From contig CAVUGN010000001.1 of the NCBI GenBank assembly GCA_963741095.1, forward strand, positions 88,996 through 120,995: 32,000 nucleotides of DNA. Direction: 5' to 3'. Made by a program: the position numbers and the translations under genes. The stretch comes from an uncultured Candidatus Micrarchaeota archaeon (GTDB lineage: Archaea; Micrarchaeota; Micrarchaeia; Micrarchaeales; Micrarchaeaceae). A model generated the notes under the pieces. It saw only the letters and a list, made by a program, of their open reading frames with translations. It was not told where the DNA came from and did not search any database. Positions 1 through 6,870 of this stretch are shown piece by piece (within the stretch, counting starts at the first letter, position 1; each line of letters opens with the position of its first letter).

Positions 1-240
1 GCGAAGGGCAAGGAGTTCGGCATCGGGATAAGCGCCAACAACGTCTACATAACCGCGCTTAACTTGAATGACAAGATCAGGGCCGCGAAGCTCAACCTCA
101 AGCAACAGATGGAGGCGAAACCGATAAAGGGAGTCCCGATCGAGGCTGCGGAGTTCCATCCGGCAGCGACCGAAGCGGCAAAGGCGCCGCACGTTCATGC
201 AGAGAAGAAAGTAGAAAGCAGTGTTGTTCAAAAGAGTTGA
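1..240 (+). CDS. rpl24: 50S ribosomal protein L24 (uL24), 3' part; 5' end lies outside the window
   Basis: Frame 1 is open from the window edge to TGA 238-240. My translation ...GIGISANNVYITALNLNDKIRAAKLNL... resembles the conserved C-terminal strand of archaeal uL24. It sits directly upstream of S4e, as in the canonical operon. A roughly 45-aa K/E/A-rich tail follows. Confidence 0.7.
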   Translation, partial: AKGKEFGIGISANNVYITALNLNDKIRAAKLNLKQQMEAKPIKGVPIEAAEFHPAATEAAKAPHVHAEKKVESSVVQKS

Positions 241-246
241 TGATTT

Positions 247-936
247 ATGGGAAAGAAAGGAAACGTTAGACACTTCAAAAGCCTCAGTGCGCCGATGTTC
301 CTGGGCATACGCAGGAAGGGCAGCGTTTACGTGACGAAGCCGAACGGGGGGAGGCACACGCTCGACAAATCGATATCGCTCGTGATGCTGGTCAAGAGGC
401 TGGACATCGCGCCCGCAAACAACACCGAGACTGAGCGCATCATACGAAGAGGACTTATACTCGTCAACAACAAGGTGATAAGGGAGCCGAGCTACCCGGT
501 CGGACTGAACGACATAATCGAGGTCGCCAACGAGAAGAAGTACTACAGGATAGCGGTGAACGACCGGGCAAGGATAGAGATAGTCGGGATACAGAAGCCG
601 GACTACGACTCGATGCTCTACAAGGTCACGGGCAAGTACAAGGCGAAGAAGGAATCCATAATGCTTAGGCTGCATGACGGCAGCATCGTAAAGGGCATCA
701 AGGGAGTCGATGTGAACGACTCCGTGATAGTCAACTCGAAGGGAGAGGTGGCGAAGGTGCTCAAGCTCGAGAAGGGCGCGAAGTGCATAGTCATCGACGG
801 GGTCCACGCGGGGACTTCGGGCAAGATAACAAACATAACCGAGGGGAGCCTGCACATAAGGCACTCTGCGACGATACAGCAGAAGGACGGAAAAGAGATA
901 ATCACGATAGTAAAGAACATGATGGTAATGGAGTGA
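247..936 (+). CDS. rps4e: 30S ribosomal protein S4e (eS4)
   Basis: The 229-aa ORF starts MGKKGNVRHFKSLSAPMF...GGRHTLDKSISL, typical of eS4. It occupies the canonical position between L24 and L5. Confidence 0.92.
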   Translation: MGKKGNVRHFKSLSAPMFLGIRRKGSVYVTKPNGGRHTLDKSISLVMLVKRLDIAPANNTETERIIRRGLILVNNKVIREPSYPVGLNDIIEVANEKKYYRIAVNDRARIEIVGIQKPDYDSMLYKVTGKYKAKKESIMLRLHDGSIVKGIKGVDVNDSVIVNSKGEVAKVLKLEKGAKCIVIDGVHAGTSGKITNITEGSLHIRHSATIQQKDGKEIITIVKNMMVME

Positions 937-947
937 CCGAGAACAAG

Positions 948-1451
948 ATGCGCGAAGTGAAGATAAACAAGCTCGTAGTCAACATAGGCACGGGCAGCGA
1001 GGAGCCGAAGCTCGTCAACGCGAGGAGGCTCATCGAGACGCTCACGAAGAGGAAGCCGATGGATCAGCTGGCGAAGCACAGGCTGCCGGCCTTCAAGATA
1101 GCGCAGGGGCAGAAGATAGGCGCCTACGTCACGGTCAGGGGCAGCGACGCGATGGAGTTGGCGAAGAGGCTCTTCGACGCGGTCGGCAACAAGATTGACA
1201 GCAGGAAGGTCACGGACAACAGCGTGAGCTTCGGCATAAAGGAGTACATAGACATAAGCGGGGTCAAGTACGACCCTAAGATTGGAATGCTTGGAATGAA
1301 TGTCAACCTCTCGTTCATGAGGAGCGGATTGAGGGTTGCGCAGAGGAAGAGAAGGGTTGCGGAGGTGCCGGAATCCCACAGGAAGATATCGCCGGAGGAG
1401 ATAGCCGCATTCCTGAAGAAGAATTTGGATGTAGAGGTTGTGAGCTCATGA
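948..1451 (+). CDS. rpl5: 50S ribosomal protein L5 (uL5)
   Basis: From ATG 948 the translation reads [19 protein letters not shown]...AYVTVRG..., typical of uL5. An in-frame GTG at 933 overlapping the S4e stop is an alternative start. The track ORF start at 783 lies inside S4e and is not credible. Confidence 0.9.
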   Translation: MREVKINKLVVNIGTGSEEPKLVNARRLIETLTKRKPMDQLAKHRLPAFKIAQGQKIGAYVTVRGSDAMELAKRLFDAVGNKIDSRKVTDNSVSFGIKEYIDISGVKYDPKIGMLGMNVNLSFMRSGLRVAQRKRRVAEVPESHRKISPEEIAAFLKKNLDVEVVSS

Positions 1452-1606
1452 TGGTTAGACTAGAAGAGAGGAGGAAAGGCAAGGGCACAAGGAAGTGCAG
1501 GATATGCGGAGGCTCTAGGGCACTCATAAGGGCGCACGGGCTTCGCGTCTGCAGGAGGTGCTTCCGAGAGGTGGCCCCGGAGCTGGGCTTCAAGCAATAC
1601 GGTTGA
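1448..1606 (+). CDS. rps14: 30S ribosomal protein S14 (uS14, zinc-binding type)
   Basis: This 52-aa ORF is below the track cutoff. My translation is [52 protein letters not shown], with CxxC...CxxC. Its ATG overlaps the L5 stop (ATGA). It holds the canonical position between L5 and S8. Confidence 0.88.
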   Translation: MMVRLEERRKGKGTRKCRICGGSRALIRAHGLRVCRRCFREVAPELGFKQYG

Positions 1607-1610
1607 TTGT

Positions 1611-1991
1611 ATGGATAGATTCGCTGACGCTATAAACCAGATAAAGACGAACGAGCGCATTGGAAGGGAGGGCTGCGTTCTCCACTCCACGAAGCTGATA
1701 AAGTCCGTGCTCGAGGTCATGAAGAAGGAATCCTACATAACCGACTACGAGGAGTTCACGGAAGGCAAATTCAAGATGATAAAGCTGAAGCTGTCGAACA
1801 AGATAAACGGCATCGGCGTTGTCAAGCCGAGGTTCGCAGTCTCATACAAGACCATACAGAAATACGAAATGCGATACGTCCCGAGCAGGGACTTCGGAGT
1901 GCTCATCATATCCACCTCGAAGGGAGTGATGACGAACAAGGACATCAAGACGGAAAAAATCGGCGGAAGGCTGCTGGCCTACGTCTACTGA
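1611..1991 (+). CDS. rps8: 30S ribosomal protein S8 (uS8)
   Basis: 126 aa, MDRFADAINQIKTNERIGR...GGRLLAYVY, with typical uS8 termini. Operon position fits. Confidence 0.92.
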   Translation: MDRFADAINQIKTNERIGREGCVLHSTKLIKSVLEVMKKESYITDYEEFTEGKFKMIKLKLSNKINGIGVVKPRFAVSYKTIQKYEMRYVPSRDFGVLIISTSKGVMTNKDIKTEKIGGRLLAYVY

Positions 1992-2000
1992 AATGATTCT

Positions 2001-2525
2001 ATGATACAGATAGCCATACCAGAGGGGGTCAAAGTCGACATCCAGGGCAGCACGATCAACGTGACCGGGCCCTTGGGAGCGAACAAGCGGACCATAAACG
2101 AGAAGATGCTCACGGTCACGACCGCAGGCAAGGAGGTAAAGATCGACAGCGTCAAGACGTTCAAGAACTTGCTCAAGAAGACCTCTAACTGCGAGAATTC
2201 CTTTGCAAAGGAACTCAAGAATGACATGGCGGGAGTCACAAAGCACTATGAGATACAGATGAAGATCGTCTTCGCGCACTTCCCGATAAGCATAGAGATC
2301 AAGAACGGCGAGGTCAGGATAAACAACATGATCGGAGAGAGGGCGCCGAGAATATCCAAGATTGTGGGCAGCACCAAGGTCGAGGTGAAGGGCCAGGACA
2401 TGAGACTGTACGGCACGAGCAAGGACGATGTGACGCAGACCGCCGCGAACCTCAGAAAGACGGTCAAGATAAGGAAGAAGGACGAGCGAACGTTCCAGGA
2501 CGGAATTTACTACAGCATAGATTGA
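2001..2525 (+). CDS. rpl6: 50S ribosomal protein L6 (uL6)
   Basis: 174 aa, IPEGVKVDIQGSTINVTGPLG...; uL6-like sequence in the operon position after S8. Confidence 0.9.
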   Translation: MIQIAIPEGVKVDIQGSTINVTGPLGANKRTINEKMLTVTTAGKEVKIDSVKTFKNLLKKTSNCENSFAKELKNDMAGVTKHYEIQMKIVFAHFPISIEIKNGEVRINNMIGERAPRISKIVGSTKVEVKGQDMRLYGTSKDDVTQTAANLRKTVKIRKKDERTFQDGIYYSID

Positions 2526-2529
2526 TTGC

Positions 2530-2898
2530 ATGATTGTCAAGAAAAAGAGCCACCCGAACTTCAAAGTGCCGAACTACGGCGCCAAGAACAGGAGTCGAGT
2601 CAAGGCCAGATGGAGGAAGCAGAGGGGCATAGACAACAAGAAGAGGATAAAGAAGGATTTCGCCGGAGCTGAGCCGACCATAGGCTACAAGAACATGGAT
2701 TCACAGATGGGACTCAGGGCTGACGGCAACCGGATGATACTTGTGCACAACGTCGCAGAGCTGCAGGGCTTCATAGACAGGAAGGAGCTGCAGAATTGTG
2801 TGGTCACGGTCTCGAGGAGCGTCTCCAAGAGGAAGAACGCCGAGATAACCGGGCTGGCGACGAAGAACAAAGTGAAGGTCACGAACGGTGTGTATTGA
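2530..2898 (+). CDS. rpl32e: 50S ribosomal protein L32e (eL32)
   Basis: 122 aa, ...PNFKVPNYGAKNRSRVKARWRKQRGIDNKKR...; eL32 signature in the expected operon position. Confidence 0.88.
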   Translation: MIVKKKSHPNFKVPNYGAKNRSRVKARWRKQRGIDNKKRIKKDFAGAEPTIGYKNMDSQMGLRADGNRMILVHNVAELQGFIDRKELQNCVVTVSRSVSKRKNAEITGLATKNKVKVTNGVY

Positions 2899-3371
2899 TG
2901 AGTGTAAAGCTTACCAGAAGGATAGCAAGCGAGCTGCTCGGAAGAGGGGCGACCAAGATAAGGTTCAAGCCTGAAGCCGTGCCGGACGCGGAGAAGGCAC
3001 TGACAAGGGACGACGTTAGGGCGATGATAAAGAGCGGAAGCGTGTTCGCGCTCCCGATGAAGCACAACATCAGCGCCTACGGTGCGGAGCTCGCGAAGAA
3101 GCGAACCCAGGGAAGGAAGAGGGGCCAGGGCAAGAGGAGAGGAACGCTCAAGGCGAGAGGACAGCTGGACTACAAGAAGAAGATAAGGGCCCAGCGCAGG
3201 GTCATCGCCTCGCTCAAGGCCGACAAGACCATCGACAACCTGATGTTCAAGAAGCTGTATCTGCTGGTGAAGGGAGGAACCTTCCCGAACAAGGTCACGC
3301 TGCTCAACAGGATAAGGAGCGAGGGCGTGGCTCTTGACGAGGAGAAGTTCGCCAAGCTCAGGCACATGTGA
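2898..3371 (+). CDS. rpl19e: 50S ribosomal protein L19e (eL19)
   Basis: ATG 2898 overlaps the L32e stop (TGATG). The translation MSVKLTRRIASELLGRGATKIRF... is a typical eL19 N-terminus. The track start at 2796 lies inside L32e. Confidence 0.9.
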   Translation: MSVKLTRRIASELLGRGATKIRFKPEAVPDAEKALTRDDVRAMIKSGSVFALPMKHNISAYGAELAKKRTQGRKRGQGKRRGTLKARGQLDYKKKIRAQRRVIASLKADKTIDNLMFKKLYLLVKGGTFPNKVTLLNRIRSEGVALDEEKFAKLRHM

Positions 3372-3376
3372 TATTC

Positions 3377-3934
3377 ATGCAAAAACTCAGACGAGTGAGG
3401 AGGACAAAGGCTTTGACGAACTACAAGAAGCGCATAGCGATGCTGAAGGGCGGGCTGGCGAGAGTTGTAGTCAGGAAGAGCAACCGCGCGATAAACGTCC
3501 AGATCGCGGAGTACGACAGCACTGGAGACAAGGTGGTCACGAGCGCGAACTCGAAGGAGTTGAAGGCGTTCGGCTGGGAGCCAAGGAGCAACATACCCAC
3601 TGCTTATCTGACCGGGCTGCTGCTCGCGAAGAAGGCGAAGGGCATGAAGGGCAAGGAATTGATACTCGACATAGGCCTCTACAGGCCGATGAAGGGTTCT
3701 GTCATCTTCGCCGCCGCGAAGGGCACGGTTGACGGTGGGATTAATATAATATCAAACATAGAGATTGATGCTAAGAGACTGTCGGGGTCGCACATAGCCG
3801 ACTTCTCGATAAAGGGTGACGCGCTCGCGAAGGCGTCCAAGTCGCAGTTCACTGCCTACGCGAAGGCGAATTTCGACGTCAGCAAGATGACCGAGAAGTT
3901 CGAGGAGGTGAAGAAGAAGATATTGAGTGGTTAA
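3377..3934 (+). CDS. rpl18: 50S ribosomal protein L18 (uL18)
   Basis: MQKLRRVRRTKALTNYKKRIAMLKGGLARVVVRKSNRAINVQI... is uL18-like. ATG 3377 is preferred; GTG 3368 is the alternative. Confidence 0.9.
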   Translation: MQKLRRVRRTKALTNYKKRIAMLKGGLARVVVRKSNRAINVQIAEYDSTGDKVVTSANSKELKAFGWEPRSNIPTAYLTGLLLAKKAKGMKGKELILDIGLYRPMKGSVIFAAAKGTVDGGINIISNIEIDAKRLSGSHIADFSIKGDALAKASKSQFTAYAKANFDVSKMTEKFEEVKKKILSG

Positions 3935-4606
3935 TTGGCATATCGTTACGTACAAAGGCGTGAAGAGGAGGTCAGGTTCAACATCGGGGACTGGGAGCCG
4001 CGCACAGAGCTTGGCAGGAACGTCAAGGCAGGCACCGTCACCTCAATTGAGCAGATATTCCACGAGGGCAGGAGGATAGAAGAGCCTGAGATCATAGACG
4101 CTCTTCTGCCGAACCTGAAGAACGAGGTCATAGAGATAGCCAGCGTCCAGAGAATGACGAAGAACAACAGGAAGATGAAGTACCGCGTCACCGCGGTCGT
4201 CGGGGACATGAACGGCCACATAGGCGTCGGCGCGGGCAAGGACATCGAAGTAAAGGCGGCGATAGACAGCGCGATAAAGAACGCGAAGAGCAACGTAATA
4301 CCGATAATACTGGGCTGCGGATCGTGGCAGTGCGAGTGCGGATCCAAGCACAGCATACCCTTCACTGTTGAGGGAAGGTGCGGCAGCGTGCAGATAATAT
4401 TGAAGCCGGCGCCGAGAGGCCTTGGCATAGTCGCAAGCGGCCCGGTGAAGAAGGCCCTTGTGCTTGCGGGGCTGAAGGACGCGTGGACATTCTCGAGGGG
4501 AAGGACAAGGTCCAAGTACAACACCCTGCTAGCTCTTTACAGGGCCCTTGAAGTGATAAACCACATGAAGAACATCCAGGAAAAGATGATGGCGGCACCG
4601 GAGTGA
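3935..4606 (+). CDS. rps5: 30S ribosomal protein S5 (uS5), TTG start
   Basis: 223 aa, with ...GHIGVGAGK...GCGSWQCECGSKHSIPF...LKPAPRGLGIVA... typical of archaeal uS5. The only available start is TTG 3935, directly after the L18 TAA stop. Confidence 0.9.
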   Translation: MAYRYVQRREEEVRFNIGDWEPRTELGRNVKAGTVTSIEQIFHEGRRIEEPEIIDALLPNLKNEVIEIASVQRMTKNNRKMKYRVTAVVGDMNGHIGVGAGKDIEVKAAIDSAIKNAKSNVIPIILGCGSWQCECGSKHSIPFTVEGRCGSVQIILKPAPRGLGIVASGPVKKALVLAGLKDAWTFSRGRTRSKYNTLLALYRALEVINHMKNIQEKMMAAPE

Positions 4607-4610
4607 TTTG

Positions 4611-5252
4611 ATGAGCGAGGGAATAATAGTGCCGGGTGAAAAGCTTGGCACAGAGGAGGAATTCGCAGCCGGGGAGAACACCTACGTCAACGGAGGCGTC
4701 ATGTATTCGACGGTAACCGGCGTGAAGACGGTCAAGGAGGGAGTCCTGAGCGTGAGGTCGGTTGGCCGAGAGGTGAGGACGGTCGGGAAGGGCATGCGCG
4801 TCCTGGGCAGCGTCGTCGGGGACATGAAGAGTGTCATATTCGTAAAGATAGACAACATCAACACGGACAACAGGGAGTACATCGCGATAAAGGACGGGAA
4901 GATAGTGATGCCGAAGGTGCACGACGGCGGACGCTTCCAGAGGCGCGGCGGCCCTTATGAGGGCAGGCACGAGCACATGAGGGAGGCGCCGAAGCCGATG
5001 AGGCCATGCGGAATTGGCGACATAATAATCGCTAGCGTCCAATACAACGACAAGGATTCGTACGCCCTGAGCCTTGAGGGCATGGAAGAGGGAGTCGTCT
5101 ATGCGAAATGCGAGCAGTGCAACGGCGAGATGGATCTTGAGGCGGGAAGGGGAACGCTCAGGTGCAAGATCTGCGGACACACCGAAGCAAGGAAGATAAG
5201 CTCGCTCTACAATAAGCCTGATGCTATAAAGAAGCTTTTCGAGGGGGTTTAA
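4611..5252 (+). CDS. csl4: Exosome RNA-binding subunit Csl4 (N-terminal domain, S1 domain, C-terminal zinc ribbon)
   Basis: IVPGEKLGTEEEFAAGENTYVNGG... at the N-terminus and ...GVVYAKCEQCNGEMDLEAGRGTLRCKICGHTEARKISSLYNK at the C-terminus closely match the archaeal Csl4 layout. The S1 region carries an R/G/H-rich insertion (PKVHDGGRFQRRGGPYEGRHEH). ATG 4611 is preferred; TTG 4608 is the alternative. Confidence 0.85.
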   Translation: MSEGIIVPGEKLGTEEEFAAGENTYVNGGVMYSTVTGVKTVKEGVLSVRSVGREVRTVGKGMRVLGSVVGDMKSVIFVKIDNINTDNREYIAIKDGKIVMPKVHDGGRFQRRGGPYEGRHEHMREAPKPMRPCGIGDIIIASVQYNDKDSYALSLEGMEEGVVYAKCEQCNGEMDLEAGRGTLRCKICGHTEARKISSLYNKPDAIKKLFEGV

Positions 5253-5530
5253 TGAAGATAAACGTTAAAAAGGACGAGGGAAAGGAGCTTCAGATAGAGT
5301 TCGAGGCTCCGGACCTTACCGTGCCGGACATGATAGCAAAGGAATTGCTCACCAGCGACAGCGTCGAGTTCGCCGGAGTGCTGAAGGACCACCCGGAAGT
5401 GGGCAAGCCGCTGCTGGTGGTGAAGAGCAAGAAGAGCGCCAAGAGCGACCTGGTCAAGGCATTGGGAAACATAGATGAGGCTTTTACTGACTTGAAGTCC
5501 CAGATCTCCAAGACAAAGAAAAGCAAGTAG
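5252..5530 (+). CDS. rpoL: DNA-directed RNA polymerase subunit L (Rpo11)
   Basis: 92 aa, ...ELQIEFEAPDLTVPDMIAKELLTSDSVEFAGVLKDHPEVGKPLLVVKS..., an RpoL/Rpo11 pattern. The ATG overlaps the Csl4 stop (TAATG). Confidence 0.85.
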   Translation: MKINVKKDEGKELQIEFEAPDLTVPDMIAKELLTSDSVEFAGVLKDHPEVGKPLLVVKSKKSAKSDLVKALGNIDEAFTDLKSQISKTKKSK

Positions 5531-5535
5531 ATTAG

Positions 5536-6090
5536 TTGAAAGCCGGAACAAGGCTTGTCGCAATCGCAAGCGGGCCTATACAGGGTAGGAAGCGTGCGCT
5601 TCTTGTAGGGATAGTAGCACAAAAAAATACGGTAGAGGGCGTGATATCCGGCAGCGTCGCGGTGAATGGCGACGACGCCACCAGAAGGATAATCTCGATG
5701 GTGGGCAAGACAAGGTTCAAGGAGCAGATAGGACTTGTCGTCCTGAACGGCGTGGCGATTGCGGGCCTGAACGTCGTGGATGTCGAGAAACTCGAAAAGG
5801 CCATGGGAGTCGAGACGATAATACTCACCAGGACAAGGCCCGATCCTAGGAAGCTGATCCATGCGCTCAATTCCTTTGCGAAGAAGGACAATGTTGACGT
5901 CAAGGGCAGGGTTGCGCTCGTGAGGGCGCAGGCGAAGAGAAAGACCGAAAAAGCCAGCGGCTTCCGTCTGCAGAGCCTGATGAGCAAACACGACCTCGCC
6001 GTCTTCGCCACACAGAGCTACGAGATGATTCGTGTGGCGCACCTTGTGGCAAACGGCGTTTCCACGGGCGAGTCCAGGGGCAGGATATAG
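5536..6090 (+). CDS. DUF99/UPF0215 family protein, TTG start
   Basis: 184 aa. The C-terminal ...IRVAHLVANGVSTGESRGRI and the central ...LVVLNGVAIAGLNVVDVEKL... match the conserved DUF99 pattern (PLRVAHLIASG..GESRG). Confidence 0.75.
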   Translation: MKAGTRLVAIASGPIQGRKRALLVGIVAQKNTVEGVISGSVAVNGDDATRRIISMVGKTRFKEQIGLVVLNGVAIAGLNVVDVEKLEKAMGVETIILTRTRPDPRKLIHALNSFAKKDNVDVKGRVALVRAQAKRKTEKASGFRLQSLMSKHDLAVFATQSYEMIRVAHLVANGVSTGESRGRI

Positions 6091-6128
6091 ATACCTTCAT
6101 GCCATTAATTTGGAGGCATCGCAAGCCG

Positions 6129-6136
6129 TATATATT
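6129..6136 (+). promoter_or_regulatory. Candidate TATA box for the ankyrin gene
   Basis: TATATATT lies about 80 nt upstream of ATG 6213. A 9-bp hairpin (6169-6177 / 6184-6192) lies between this box and the AAGGAG-like motif at 6204-6209. Confidence 0.3.
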
Positions 6137-6212
6137 TGACCAATTTGATACTTATTGGGATGAGAGAGTTATTGCATGATGGAATGCAATAAACGTCACA
6201 GTAAAGGAGTGG

Positions 6213-6866
6213 ATGAACAGAAGCGCAAACAAGGACGGAAGGATGACGCCGCAGCGGGTGGAGGAACTGAGGGCGTTCGTTCGCGGAATAGATGTAACTC
6301 CAGAGGGTATAGTAAACAAGCCAGCCGCTGGGCCGAATGATATCGTAAAGAGATCCGATGTGGACAAGGATGTGGCAAGCGGATTGGGAAAGAAGCTGAT
6401 GGAAGAATTAAAAAAGCAGAATGTCGACGCTGACAAAGTCAGTAAACTGATTTATGACGGGGCCGATCTGGATTTTGTCGACGAACACGGCAACACGGCG
6501 ATGATATGGGCGGTGCGGAACGACAAGGCAGGATTCGTCGAGGCATTGATACGCGCCGGAGCCAACATGAACATCAAGGACGCCCAGGGCAACACCGCAT
6601 TGATGCACGCCACAATCTATGGCAACGGGAACATCTTCAGCCTGCTGCTGAACAATGGCGCAGACATGGATCTGCAGAACAAGACAGGCATGACTGCGCT
6701 GATGCTGGCCGCGAAATATAGTGATGACAAGATCCTGCAGAAATTGCTGTCTGCAGGAGCAAACGTACGCCTTAGGGACAATCTCAACAGGACGGTTTTC
6801 GAGCAAAGGCGCATGTCCGAGAGCGTGAGAAGGATACTCGAAGGGATAGAGAACAGGAGGGTGTAG
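6213..6866 (+). CDS. Ankyrin-repeat protein (about 4 ANK repeats), no signal peptide
   Basis: Repeated G-x-TALM-x-A...LL..GA(D/N)-x-N units, e.g. GNTAMIWAVRNDKAGFVEALIRAGANMNIKDAQ, GNTALMHATIYGNGNIFSLLLNNGADMDLQNKT and GMTALMLAAKYSDDKILQKLLSAGANVRLRD. Confidence 0.88.
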   Translation: MNRSANKDGRMTPQRVEELRAFVRGIDVTPEGIVNKPAAGPNDIVKRSDVDKDVASGLGKKLMEELKKQNVDADKVSKLIYDGADLDFVDEHGNTAMIWAVRNDKAGFVEALIRAGANMNIKDAQGNTALMHATIYGNGNIFSLLLNNGADMDLQNKTGMTALMLAAKYSDDKILQKLLSAGANVRLRDNLNRTVFEQRRMSESVRRILEGIENRRV

Positions 6867-6870
6867 CATT

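Noticed and set aside
233-4610. Recurrent TGAT motif 3-7 nt upstream of many start codons (e.g. GGTTGATTGTATG, GATTGATTGCATG, TGTGATATTCATG, GGAGTGATTTGATG) as a shifted Shine-Dalgarno pairing with the GAUCA of the altered 16S 3' end.
   Set aside because: In most cases the TGA of the motif is simply the stop codon of the preceding, tightly packed gene. The enrichment may therefore be a by-product of operon packing. It needs a genome-wide test on first genes of operons before any claim.
618-5180. Long antisense and alternate-frame ORFs across the ribosomal-protein operon (e.g. 618-1379 -, 1842-2564 -, 2685-3365 -, 3334-3732 +, 3946-4524 -, 4362-5180 -).
   Set aside because: Each is fully overlapped by a confidently recognised r-protein, Csl4 or RpoL gene in another frame. 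Their translations are R/L/H/P/S-rich with no motifs. This is typical of shadow ORFs produced by RNY-biased, stop-poor coding sequence.
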